Positions 1 through 7,999 of a stretch of 24,369 nucleotides of DNA are shown here, in pieces. The position numbers were made by a program, and so were the translations under genes. The stretch's first letter is position 1; every line of letters begins with the position of its first letter. The stretch covers positions 1-24,369 of IMG/VR virus record IMGVR_UViG_3300032219_001748. One strand, given 5' to 3'. The DNA is from a virus (taxonomy: Duplodnaviria; Caudoviricetes). The notes below the pieces were generated by a model. That model did no database searches and had not been told where the DNA came from. It saw nothing but the letters and a program-made list of their open reading frames with translations.

Positions 1-101
1 TGTTCTGCACTTGTTTTGTACATAACATATTCATGCAGGTTATCCCATACATCTGGTTCACCATAAAATAGGAATGCTAGAAGTAATATGGCAAATATCA
101 T
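1..101 (-). CDS. Partial small membrane protein (runs off left edge)
   Basis: Not in ORF track. ATG at 99-101 overlaps the TGA of 98..358 (ATGA coupling). Reads MIFAILLLAFLFYGEPDVWDNLHEY..., hydrophobic N-terminus, open to the edge. Confidence 0.55.
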   Translation of the reverse strand, partial: MIFAILLLAFLFYGEPDVWDNLHEYVMYKTSAE

Positions 102-358
102 TCTGGCTCCTCTGTGGTTGGAAGGGGCGTTAAACCTGTGAATTTGAAATGATCTCTTATTTCTTCTTCGACAAAAACAATACCATCATAAGAAGAATCT
201 AATCCACACTTTCTCAAAGTAAACTCTCTGGCTACTTTAGCGCATTCCTCGATAAGCAATTCAGCAAACTTGTCAAATAAAGGTATATTACCTCCAGTGC
301 AGTTTACGGGGTTGAATCCTGCTTCAATAGCCATTTGTATAATTCGGTCGTTCATCAC
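98..358 (-). CDS. Hypothetical phage protein
   Basis: 86 aa ORF, ATGA-coupled to both neighbours; contains KFAELLIEECAKV, a segment type common in small phage early proteins. Confidence 0.7.
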   Translation of the reverse strand: MMNDRIIQMAIEAGFNPVNCTGGNIPLFDKFAELLIEECAKVAREFTLRKCGLDSSYDGIVFVEEEIRDHFKFTGLTPLPTTEEPE

Positions 359-606
359 TGTTCCAATAATGTCCTATTTTGTGTATCCCAATAGTATTCA
401 ACTGCTTTTATGGCAGAAGTAATATCGATATACTGTCCAAGATGCCGCTCATCATCTAATGTAAAGGTGTATTGTCCAGTGTAAACTAAGGCAATACACA
501 CTTCGCTCAATGCTTGTTTATGTGCTTTTCCTACAATTTTACCTGTAGCAGAGTTAAAGTAGTACCAGCAGTTTGTTCGTTCTTTCCATTCGTAGGTAAT
601 TTTCAT
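355..606 (-). CDS. Hypothetical phage protein
   Basis: ORF track 355..612. The ATG at 604-606 (MKITYEWK) overlaps the TGA of 603..770 and is the likelier start. Confidence 0.7.
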   Translation of the reverse strand: MKITYEWKERTNCWYYFNSATGKIVGKAHKQALSEVCIALVYTGQYTFTLDDERHLGQYIDITSAIKAVEYYWDTQNRTLLEQ

Positions 607-770
607 TGGCACACTGCTTGAATATCACTAGCTGACATACCTTTTGCAAAAGCGGCTATTCGGCACTCATGTTTCATTGTTGCTTCATAAGTATTCATAG
701 CAAACAACATAGCAAAAAATAAAAGAAATCCTGATGCAATTACCAAAGTGTCTTTATCTAAATTATCCAT
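603..770 (-). CDS. Small membrane protein (55 aa)
   Basis: Not in ORF track. GGAG SD then ATG at 768-770; MDNLDKDTLVIASGFLLFFAMLFAMNTYEATMKHECRIAAFAKGMSASDIQAVCQ; one TM segment; fills the gap. Confidence 0.7.
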   Translation of the reverse strand: MDNLDKDTLVIASGFLLFFAMLFAMNTYEATMKHECRIAAFAKGMSASDIQAVCQ

Positions 771-807
771 CTTTTTCTCCATAAAAAATTAAAATATTAC
801 TGTGTCA

Positions 808-1044
808 TTAAACAGGATGATGAAAAACAGAATCATTGTGTTCTAAAATTCTTCGATGTACTTCTGTCCATGTGTACATATACCTTCCATATAACGCATC
901 GATATACTTTGTGCATTCTTCTGTTACTTGATACTTCTCTAGCCATACCTTATACTCTCCAACTATAGTAGGAAAGAAAGCAAACTTATTTCTGCGCCGG
1001 ATATTACCTTCTTTAGGGCTAGGATTGTTGATTTTCCATCTCAT
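808..1044 (-). CDS. Hypothetical phage protein
   Basis: ORF track 808..1179 overlaps its neighbour heavily. The ATG at 1042-1044 (MRWKINN...) has an AAGGA SD and gives 78 aa. Confidence 0.65.
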   Translation of the reverse strand: MRWKINNPSPKEGNIRRRNKFAFFPTIVGEYKVWLEKYQVTEECTKYIDALYGRYMYTWTEVHRRILEHNDSVFHHPV

Positions 1045-1324
1045 AAGAGCGTCCTTTAAACTTTTTGATGATAAAAATTTGATTTTGAATCTCAGCAAGG
1101 TCTGGTCTATTTCTCCAAGTACCATAGAAAACACCAGTGATTGAACATAAATCACGAATAGTATTAATATCAAAAACATACCTGTACTGTGAACGGGTTT
1201 CTATCGGCTTACTTTTTATCAATTCTACAAACTCAGCATTATTTCCGGCAATCACGTAAATATATTTGTTCTCTACCATGCTAGTTTTTTCAATAAAAGA
1301 TTGTAATGGTGTTTTCTCAGTCAT
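1019..1324 (-). CDS. Hypothetical phage protein (probably leaderless)
   Basis: 101 aa ORF whose ATG lies 6 nt downstream of a -10 box. Confidence 0.7.
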   Translation of the reverse strand: MTEKTPLQSFIEKTSMVENKYIYVIAGNNAEFVELIKSKPIETRSQYRYVFDINTIRDLCSITGVFYGTWRNRPDLAEIQNQIFIIKKFKGRSYEMENQQS

Positions 1325-1330
1325 GATATA

Positions 1331-1359
1331 AGTATATCAAAGATGAAGCTATTTGTCAA
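1331..1359 (-). promoter_or_regulatory. Sigma70-type early promoter
   Basis: Minus strand TTGACA(1359-1354)-N17-TATACT(1336-1331) with extended -10 TG. Confidence 0.85.
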
Positions 1360-1715
1360 GCCTTTTGTGAATCACCTGGTAGTATTCTATAATTATCTTC
1401 CACAGAATCTGGTGTTGATACTTCGATAATAGTGCCTTCTTTAAAGCATATTAATTGATGTGGTAGTAAAGGTGGGTTATGCCAAGTCATTCCTGGCATT
1501 AATCTGCTACTTTTCATAGATGCATCTTTGGTGTCTACCCAGTTCACTTGAAATTCACCAGTTAGAACATACCAAGTTTCATCTTTTTCTGCATGAAAAT
1601 GCATACTAAATTTGGCGCCTTCATTGAAGTGCATCATCTTACCGCAATATAAATCGTTGGTGCACCAAATTTCTTCGTGACCCCAACCTTTTTCGACTTT
1701 ACCCGATAGCTTCAT
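1356..1715 (-). CDS. Cupin-fold protein, sugar(-phosphate) isomerase/epimerase-like
   Basis: VEKGWGHEEIW N-terminus, cupin metal motifs SMHFHAEKDETWYV and PPLLPHQL, IIEVST. Likely start is ATG 1713-1715 after AGAGGA. Confidence 0.8.
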   Translation of the reverse strand: MKLSGKVEKGWGHEEIWCTNDLYCGKMMHFNEGAKFSMHFHAEKDETWYVLTGEFQVNWVDTKDASMKSSRLMPGMTWHNPPLLPHQLICFKEGTIIEVSTPDSVEDNYRILPGDSQKA

Positions 1716-2466
1716 ATATTTCCTCTCTTGATGGTGCATATACACCAAGATGTTGTACTGTTATTCCTGCTGCAATATTTGCATATTTGATTGCTACTTC
1801 AATATTATTAAATTCATAGTAGTATACCGCAAGAGATGCTAGAAAGGTGTCACCAGCACCGCAAGGATCAGAAACATTTACTTCTGACACAGGATATTTT
1901 TTTCCTTTGTATGTTGCTCCGTTCTTACCATCAGTAACAATAAGATTTTTATGCCATGATGTTAGCTTTTTACTTTCTGGTAAATTGATTTTAATATAGA
2001 CGTTTGTCTGTGGCCAAATTTGATCAAATTCTTCAATATCAGCTTTTTTGGTATCAATAAAGATAGGAAGTTGGTTATACTTCTTTATGATATCTTTCAT
2101 GTTCTTATATGTCAATGAACCTTTACCATAGTCTGATATAACAATACAATCATATTTGTTCTCTGGAATGTCTGCTAGATTTATTGGATCAGAAATTTTA
2201 TCTTCATCAACTCGTAGTAATTGATTTCCTGATTTTTCTTCAATGAATCTAGTTTTGATAGATTTTTTATTTCCCATGACTATGGTAGTATCAGCACCTA
2301 ACATGGATAAGTTCTTATGAACATTCTCAGCCATGCCGTCTAATTTTTCTGTTTTGATTAACTCAAGAATAGGAACTGGTGCTTCTGGACTTATGCGATT
2401 CACATTACCATAATGGTAAATATCTTCACACACATCACCGAGTAATAATACGCTTAATGGTTTCAC
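1699..2466 (-). CDS. hldA: D-glycero-beta-D-manno-heptose-7-phosphate kinase (HldA / RfaE domain I, PfkB family)
   Basis: GD...RISPEAPVP signature, KTRF, QLLRVD, ISDYGKG, IDTK, PfkB anion-hole DPCGAGDTFLA. GTG start. Confidence 0.85.
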   Translation of the reverse strand: MKPLSVLLLGDVCEDIYHYGNVNRISPEAPVPILELIKTEKLDGMAENVHKNLSMLGADTTIVMGNKKSIKTRFIEEKSGNQLLRVDEDKISDPINLADIPENKYDCIVISDYGKGSLTYKNMKDIIKKYNQLPIFIDTKKADIEEFDQIWPQTNVYIKINLPESKKLTSWHKNLIVTDGKNGATYKGKKYPVSEVNVSDPCGAGDTFLASLAVYYYEFNNIEVAIKYANIAAGITVQHLGVYAPSREEIYEAIG

Positions 2467-2833
2467 TTGTAGAATAACCTCTCACTAAAGGATAGAATAT
2501 AATTTCTTTACATACTTGTTGACCAACAATATCTTTACCTATATAATCTGAACCTTTTACCATTGCATCATGTTCAGAGATAAATTTAATTAATTGTTCA
2601 TCATTATTAAATGTAACTGCTGCATTTACACAGCGCAAACTCATTAACATGAATAGTCTATCATTTGCTGAGTTGATTGGTCTTGTAGGACCTTTTAATT
2701 TTTTAACTCGTTCATCAGTATCAATAGCAACGGTTAAAAAATCACCTTGTGATTTTGCAAACTCAAGCATTTCAATATGACCTCGGTGAAGAATGTCAAA
2801 TGTACCATTAACAAATATCTTTCTATTCTTCAT
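2435..2833 (-). CDS. hldC: Heptose-1-phosphate nucleotidyltransferase (HldC / RfaE domain II)
   Basis: NGTFDILHRGH (HxGH), VKKLKGPTRPIN, VKGSDY and C-terminal LVRGYSTS; adjacent to hldA. Confidence 0.85.
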   Translation of the reverse strand: MKNRKIFVNGTFDILHRGHIEMLEFAKSQGDFLTVAIDTDERVKKLKGPTRPINSANDRLFMLMSLRCVNAAVTFNNDEQLIKFISEHDAMVKGSDYIGKDIVGQQVCKEIIFYPLVRGYSTSETIKRIITR

Positions 2834-2837
2834 CTAA

Positions 2838-3446
2838 TTATTTTATAGCTTCCAATGTCATAGATTCTAGTTGTAGAAAATCTTTACCCATTCTAATGTA
2901 ATTCTCTAAATCTCTCAATTCAGGATCATCACTTTCGCATATTTTGTGTTCTGTTACGCTGTGGAAATTTGCATTCAGTAAACTCTTACTCAAAGAGCTT
3001 TTATTATAAATGAAAATGTGTCCCCAAGCCCTTACAAAATTATTGAAAACAAACGCAGGATCAAAAAACGGAACAGGAGGCATCAAGCCAGGTTCTTTAT
3101 ATGCCCATTCTAGATATCTTTTATTAAGTTCATCATCTGGATTATTACAGAGATCAAACAAAAAGTCAATACTTGGAGTTGTAATTCTTATTTTACCGCC
3201 AGGTTTTAAAACTCGATAGGATTCTCTTATCATATTTTGACCAGCTTCATATGGTATATGTTCTATCATATGTTCGCTATAGATATAATCGAATGTATTG
3301 TCTGCAATTGGAAATGGTTGACTCACATCAAGAACATATGCCTGATGCGGCGGGACATCGCTATTTAACCAACCATCTAGCCTGTTTGGACCACATCCTA
3401 ATTGAAGTTTTTTTATTGGGTGTGAATTTAGATATTCGTGTAACAT
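2838..3446 (-). CDS. Class I SAM-dependent methyltransferase (Methyltransf_11-like)
   Basis: LQLGCG motif I, FDYIYSEHMIEH, RVLKPGGKIRITTP; a type often found in glycan clusters. Confidence 0.85.
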   Translation of the reverse strand: MLHEYLNSHPIKKLQLGCGPNRLDGWLNSDVPPHQAYVLDVSQPFPIADNTFDYIYSEHMIEHIPYEAGQNMIRESYRVLKPGGKIRITTPSIDFLFDLCNNPDDELNKRYLEWAYKEPGLMPPVPFFDPAFVFNNFVRAWGHIFIYNKSSLSKSLLNANFHSVTEHKICESDDPELRDLENYIRMGKDFLQLESMTLEAIK

Positions 3447-3644
3447 TTAATTATCCTCAGTTAAAAATAGTGGAGAAGAACCTTCGTGTACAAAATTTTC
3501 TGCTAATTCTTCTGCCTCATTAATTCTTATTTTTTTGAGTCTCTGTATATGTTTACCATCAACATAAAAATCTATCATATAGGTATCTGAGAATCTAGAT
3601 ACTGTTGCTTTCCTATTGTCAATCTGATATTCCGATAGAATCAT
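3447..3644 (-). CDS. Small hypothetical protein
   Basis: 65 aa, AGAGGAG SD, abuts both neighbours. Confidence 0.7.
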   Translation of the reverse strand: MILSEYQIDNRKATVSRFSDTYMIDFYVDGKHIQRLKKIRINEAEELAENFVHEGSSPLFLTEDN

Positions 3645-4593
3645 TTGGTGTTCTCCTCTGTATCACTTCCCACTGATGGGCTGTTCGTATTATATCTTCT
3701 AGTCTATATCTAGGCCTAAATCTTAGTATTTTTTCTGATCGTTCAACATCTTCGCATATCAACTTAGCAGGATCACCAGGTCTACGATCACTATATTTGA
3801 CAGCAAGACCATTGCTTGTTGTAATGGCTACCATTTTAATAACATCCAGCACAGAATAACCTGTACCAGAACCGAGATTAAAAATGCTAGAAGTTTTATT
3901 TTCATTTAGAAATTCTGCTGCTTTTACATGAGCATCTGCTAAGTCAGATACATGTATATAGTCTCTTATACAGGTACCATCAGGAGTAGGAAAATCATTA
4001 CCATAGACAGTAAAATCACTCCTAGTAAGAATACGCGGAATGAGATGAGTTTCTGGATCATGATTTTCGCCAAACTCACCATCAGGATCAGCACCAGCAA
4101 CATTGAAATACCTAAGAATAGCACTATTAACTCCTTCTTTCTTTGCATCTCCCAAAATGATTTCACACATTCGTTTTGTTTGGCCATAAACAGATTGTGG
4201 ATCTTCTGCTGCACAAGAAGATGAGAATACAATATTTTTACATTTGTAATCCTTCATCAATCTTAGAATATTAATTGTACCAAAGACATTGTTCTCATAA
4301 TAGTAAGTAGGCATTTCTTCGCTTTCACCTACTTCTATAGAACCAGCAAGATGAAAGACAATATCAAAACTAAATTCATTGTCATCGAACATCTTACTAT
4401 GCTCTATCTCATTAAGAATATAATCGTAGTTTCTTATATCAGTATGAATATATTCATCATAATACTTTGTTGACATGAGTAGTGATGGATGTTTTCGATC
4501 CATCACAATTACATAGTAGCCATTTTTTTTCAATTCTTTCTGGAGATGGTGACCGATATAGCCAGCACCTCCAGTTATTAATGCTTTTTTCAT
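3619..4593 (-). CDS. galE: NAD-dependent NDP-sugar epimerase, UDP-glucose 4-epimerase-like
   Basis: TGGAGYIG, HLAG, SSS, YGQTK (YxxxK), LRYFNVAG, ETHLIP, PTPDGTCIRDYIHV, RRPGDP. ATGA overlap with the upstream gene. Confidence 0.85.
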   Translation of the reverse strand: MKKALITGGAGYIGHHLQKELKKNGYYVIVMDRKHPSLLMSTKYYDEYIHTDIRNYDYILNEIEHSKMFDDNEFSFDIVFHLAGSIEVGESEEMPTYYYENNVFGTINILRLMKDYKCKNIVFSSSCAAEDPQSVYGQTKRMCEIILGDAKKEGVNSAILRYFNVAGADPDGEFGENHDPETHLIPRILTRSDFTVYGNDFPTPDGTCIRDYIHVSDLADAHVKAAEFLNENKTSSIFNLGSGTGYSVLDVIKMVAITTSNGLAVKYSDRRPGDPAKLICEDVERSEKILRFRPRYRLEDIIRTAHQWEVIQRRTPNDSIGISD

Positions 4594-6698
4594 GTAATCA
4601 TTCCAATAAACTTGTTAAGTACAACACGGTTAATAACTTTGTTTGTGTTATACTTAGTAAACGCTGTAACAAGACTACGGGTCGTATTTGATTTTACTTG
4701 AAAGTCACCATCATCGTCAACATCAGTTTCGGCACGAATAATATAATACTCATCATAACCAGATGAAGTACATGTTACGCTTTTCTCTTTCATGAATTTA
4801 TCACGAATGTCATCGAGGTTTGCAGTCTTAGGAAACAGTCGGCGACTTTCTTGTTTAAATTCACGGCTATTCACAAGATAGAAACCAATAACATTCGTAT
4901 TAGTAACTTGTTTTAAAATGCTTAAAGCAGCAGCGGTATATGATTCATTGCCCGGTTCTTTTACTTTTTCACTAATGCCGCTTGACTTGTGACGTATAAT
5001 TGCAACTCGTTTAGCAGTAGTAGAAAAGCTGTAATCATCCTCATCTTGTCTTGAACATAACAAATGACCTTCGCCATCAGTAAGAAAAACAGTATTCACA
5101 ACTTGTAGTTTATTCTCTTTTTGAAACTTAGGAACAATCTTCATTGCAGAAAATATTGTTTCGTTAAGCGGAGTGTACTGCATATTCATCCAGTCTGGAA
5201 AACCACGCATTCTACTATGAGTAATATGTTGAGAGCCGTGCAATAACATAGAACCCATAAAGGAAAGTTCATTTGCTGTCATCTTATTTGAAAGAAGATT
5301 CATCAAATGGAAACGTTTCATAACAATTTCATTTTGTTTGTATGTTACAGTTTCTTTGCCTCGTTCTGGATGATCGCCTTGATAATAGAAGCGATTGCTG
5401 AAAGCATATACCTCAAAAGGAATATTTACTTTTTTGCAGAACAATACAAGATTCAATAGCTGTTTAATTGTTGCATTCAAATGAGGAACCATTGATCCAG
5501 ACCAATCAAGGAACATAACAAGTCCATGTGATTTACCGCCAGGAACAATAGTCAGTCGTTTAAAAATATCATCATTAAATTTGTATGAATAAATTTTACT
5601 CATATTCAAATCGCCAGTCTTTGCAATACTAGCACGTTTCATTTGATCTGCATTTTTACGCAGTTCAAATTCTTTTACTAGGTAAGAAACTACCTTTGAA
5701 GATTTTTTCTTAAATACGTTGAATTCTTCATTTGTAGTTATAGTGTTGAAGTATTGTTCGTTTTTATATCGGCTGATAATATGCTTATATGGAACAATAA
5801 CACGATTAAGATCAATATCTTCTGGAATGTCACCATATTCGTAATCCGTAGGATCAGCACTTACAAGTTCTTTTTCACGTTTTCTAAATGCATCATCAGT
5901 GTAAGATTCAATTTCATCGTCTGTATTATTGAATTCATCACCATCAGAATTTTTTCCGTCAGCAGAATCTTCATCTTCTGATTGGTCATCAGGAGATTCT
6001 GGTGTATCAGATAATGAATCGTTTTCTTCATCAACTTCATCGCCGTCATCAAAATCTTCGGAAGAATAATCAGTATCATCACTCCACTCATCCGTTGGTT
6101 CGGCAGGTTCATCTCCATTCTTCTGTTTGCGTTTTTCTTTTTCTTGACGATAAAGTGCCATGATTTTTTTAGACACTTCAATAACATCATCAAAAGTTTC
6201 TAACTTTTCCATTTCTTCGACAAGAAAAAGTTCTTCATTATCGAATTTAATACCTAGAGATGCACCAATTTTGAAATGTAAATTCAGTCGATCTAGAATA
6301 TTCATTCCATTCAAGTCAACACCGTTAGTGGCAAAAAAATCACGGGAAAGAAGTTCTCTGTAGGCTTTTGAGAATGGAGCACGGAGACCAGGATATTTTC
6401 GTTTGATTAGTTTTTCGATTCTAGCATCTTCAACAACATTAAGAATAGCTTTAGGAATCTTCAAATCAATAACAGAATCATGCCAACCGTGTTCTGGTGT
6501 ATTCAATGCATGACTAATTTCATGACCAACGAACAGGTCGTATAATTCAGGAGTAAGACCTTCTTTGAGAATAGGAACTACCAGTTTTCTTTCTTTAAGA
6601 TTAAAGTATGCGGTAGGAACTTTTTTATATTCCACAGTCAAGTTTTCTGTTGCCATGAGTTTAGCAAGCTGCGATTTGGATTCTTGTGTGATTTGCAT
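4590..6698 (-). CDS. CobT-like protein: HExxH metallopeptidase-like domain, acidic linker and vWA domain
   Basis: GHEISH and NVVEDARIE at the N-terminus, long D/E-rich linker, MIDAS LDWSGSM, TPL and FLTDGE. This architecture is typical of T4-like phage cobT/peptidase genes. Confidence 0.85.
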   Translation of the reverse strand: MQITQESKSQLAKLMATENLTVEYKKVPTAYFNLKERKLVVPILKEGLTPELYDLFVGHEISHALNTPEHGWHDSVIDLKIPKAILNVVEDARIEKLIKRKYPGLRAPFSKAYRELLSRDFFATNGVDLNGMNILDRLNLHFKIGASLGIKFDNEELFLVEEMEKLETFDDVIEVSKKIMALYRQEKEKRKQKNGDEPAEPTDEWSDDTDYSSEDFDDGDEVDEENDSLSDTPESPDDQSEDEDSADGKNSDGDEFNNTDDEIESYTDDAFRKREKELVSADPTDYEYGDIPEDIDLNRVIVPYKHIISRYKNEQYFNTITTNEEFNVFKKKSSKVVSYLVKEFELRKNADQMKRASIAKTGDLNMSKIYSYKFNDDIFKRLTIVPGGKSHGLVMFLDWSGSMVPHLNATIKQLLNLVLFCKKVNIPFEVYAFSNRFYYQGDHPERGKETVTYKQNEIVMKRFHLMNLLSNKMTANELSFMGSMLLHGSQHITHSRMRGFPDWMNMQYTPLNETIFSAMKIVPKFQKENKLQVVNTVFLTDGEGHLLCSRQDEDDYSFSTTAKRVAIIRHKSSGISEKVKEPGNESYTAAALSILKQVTNTNVIGFYLVNSREFKQESRRLFPKTANLDDIRDKFMKEKSVTCTSSGYDEYYIIRAETDVDDDGDFQVKSNTTRSLVTAFTKYNTNKVINRVVLNKFIGMIT

Positions 6699-6726
6699 TT
6701 TAATGTCTCTCTAGTAATGATGATAC

Positions 6727-6755
6727 ATTATCTCATGGATCCAACAATTTGTCAA
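6727..6755 (-). promoter_or_regulatory. Sigma70-type promoter for the cobT-like/sugar operon
   Basis: Minus strand TTGACA(6755-6750)-N17-GATAAT(6732-6727) with extended TG. Shares TTGACAAAT and TGA with the promoters at 1331 and 8500. Confidence 0.75.
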
Positions 6756-6768
6756 CAGAAAACCTGAT

Positions 6769-6786
6769 TGTTGCATTTATACAACA
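6769..6786. promoter_or_regulatory. Palindromic operator-like site TGTTGC-ATTTAT-ACAACA
   Basis: Same architecture as 8533-8550; 13 bp upstream of a -35 box. Confidence 0.55.
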
Positions 6787-6959
6787 GGTGTTATCACAAT
6801 GACATTTCCAGCTGGATCTACTCTAAGATCCAAGTTTAGTTCGGTACCTTCTTCCCAACCAAGTTCGTCAAGGAGTTCTGGTGGAAAAGTTATAATACCA
6901 TCACCAGAACCATCTTCGGCATCTTCAATTGTGGTAGTGAAGTTTGTATATTTTTTCAT
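6777..6959 (-). CDS. AbrB/MazE/SpoVT-type DNA-binding protein
   Basis: DGIITFPPELLDELGWEEGTELNL...VIVITP matches the swapped-hairpin signature. Confidence 0.75.
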   Translation of the reverse strand: MKKYTNFTTTIEDAEDGSGDGIITFPPELLDELGWEEGTELNLDLRVDPAGNVIVITPVV

Positions 6960-6961
6960 AA

Positions 6962-7117
6962 TTAAGAATAAGAATATTGGCTACGGAGTTCTTCATAATA
7001 ATCTAAATCTTTTTGCCATCTTGTTTTAATTACCCATCCTTTTACGATATTATCTAATTGTTCCCAAGGATCATCATTTTTAATTACTTCTGCATTATAA
7101 TTTTCTTGCGATTCCAT
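6962..7117 (-). CDS. Small hypothetical protein (51 aa)
   Basis: Not in ORF track. AAGGAG SD, ATG 7115-7117, MESQENYNAEVIKNDDPWEQLDNIVKGWVIKTRWQKDLDYYEELRSQYSYS; fills the gap. Confidence 0.7.
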   Translation of the reverse strand: MESQENYNAEVIKNDDPWEQLDNIVKGWVIKTRWQKDLDYYEELRSQYSYS

Positions 7118-7128
7118 TACTGCTCCTT

Positions 7129-7323
7129 TTAGTGGTAAAATTCACTTCGATCTACAAATAAAAAATTATTCTCTTTCTTTTTCTTTCCCATGAGTTCAAC
7201 CATATCGACAAAATCTTTAATTTCATCCGCTGACATTTCTTCAAGCATTTCACCCATTTCTTCAATCAAGCAGACTTCTTCATCTGTGAAATCTTTAAGT
7301 TTATCCAAAGTTAAGTCCAACAT
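7129..7323 (-). CDS. Small acidic hypothetical protein
   Basis: ORF track 7129..7341. Likelier start is MLDLTLDK at 7323 after AAGGA. Confidence 0.6.
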   Translation of the reverse strand: MLDLTLDKLKDFTDEEVCLIEEMGEMLEEMSADEIKDFVDMVELMGKKKKENNFLFVDRSEFYH

Positions 7324-7999
7324 ATAAATTGTTCCTTTCATCGTAAATGGTAGATAATCGATTTACTGCAAGATCATAGACATTGCTAACAATTTCAGAA
7401 CCAGACCAATTTCTATTTGCATAGATACAGGCTTCTGCGGTACTACCTGATCCCATGAACGGATCAAATATCATTTCTCCTGGATTTGTATAAACATCAA
7501 TAAATGCGCTAAGAAGTCCAGGCGGAAAATTATCAACATATGCCTTATATGGCTTAACTTCTGTTTCTATTACGTCCGGAATAGAGATATCACTAAAACC
7601 AGCCCGAGAGAACTGTTTTCCGGGTCTTTTAAAGGTTAAAATGAAGGAGTAGTTGAAACGATACAGATTAGCTAGTTTTGAGCGTACCCATATTTTCTGA
7701 CTTTTATGAACCCAACCCAATTCTTCCATCATGTTGATGATAAAATTATGTTTTTTAATGACGGTTCCACCAGATTTTCTGTCTCGAAGGATAATTGTCA
7801 CTACATTATTGATTGGATTGAGCATCGAGAAGGTGTCATGCATCAATTTTTCCCATTTTTCTTTGGAATCATCGGGATTTTCCCCAATTTCATCAAAATC
7901 GGGTGGTGATGTTATGACATAATGATACTGGAGACCTTTTTTAAGAGTCTCCAGGCAATTTTCATTGAATAGTGTACAATTATCCGTAGGCGTGTACAT
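7301..7999 (-). CDS. DNA amino-methyltransferase (N4-C/N6-A, beta class), orphan
   Basis: N-terminal motif IV ITSPPD and C-terminal motif I IFDPFMGSGST...GSEI; AAGGAG SD. Confidence 0.8.
   Translation of the reverse strand: MYTPTDNCTLFNENCLETLKKGLQYHYVITSPPDFDEIGENPDDSKEKWEKLMHDTFSMLNPINNVVTIILRDRKSGGTVIKKHNFIINMMEELGWVHKSQKIWVRSKLANLYRFNYSFILTFKRPGKQFSRAGFSDISIPDVIETEVKPYKAYVDNFPPGLLSAFIDVYTNPGEMIFDPFMGSGSTAEACIYANRNWSGSEIVSNVYDLAVNRLSTIYDERNNLYVGLNFG

Noticed and set aside
4613-4626. TGTTAAGTACAACA as a third operator copy
   Set aside because: Wrong spacing, inside coding sequence and no adjacent promoter.
5900-6125. Low-complexity TCA/TCT-rich stretch as a repeat array
   Set aside because: It simply encodes the D/E-rich linker of the CobT-like protein; no regular repeat unit.
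6774-6781. TATAAATG as a late promoter inside the palindrome
   Set aside because: Mismatch at the last conserved base, it coincides with a stop codon, and a good sigma70 promoter is adjacent.
6777-7117. Toxin-antitoxin pair around the AbrB/MazE-like gene
   Set aside because: No PIN, MazF or RelE-like toxin is recognisable next to it.
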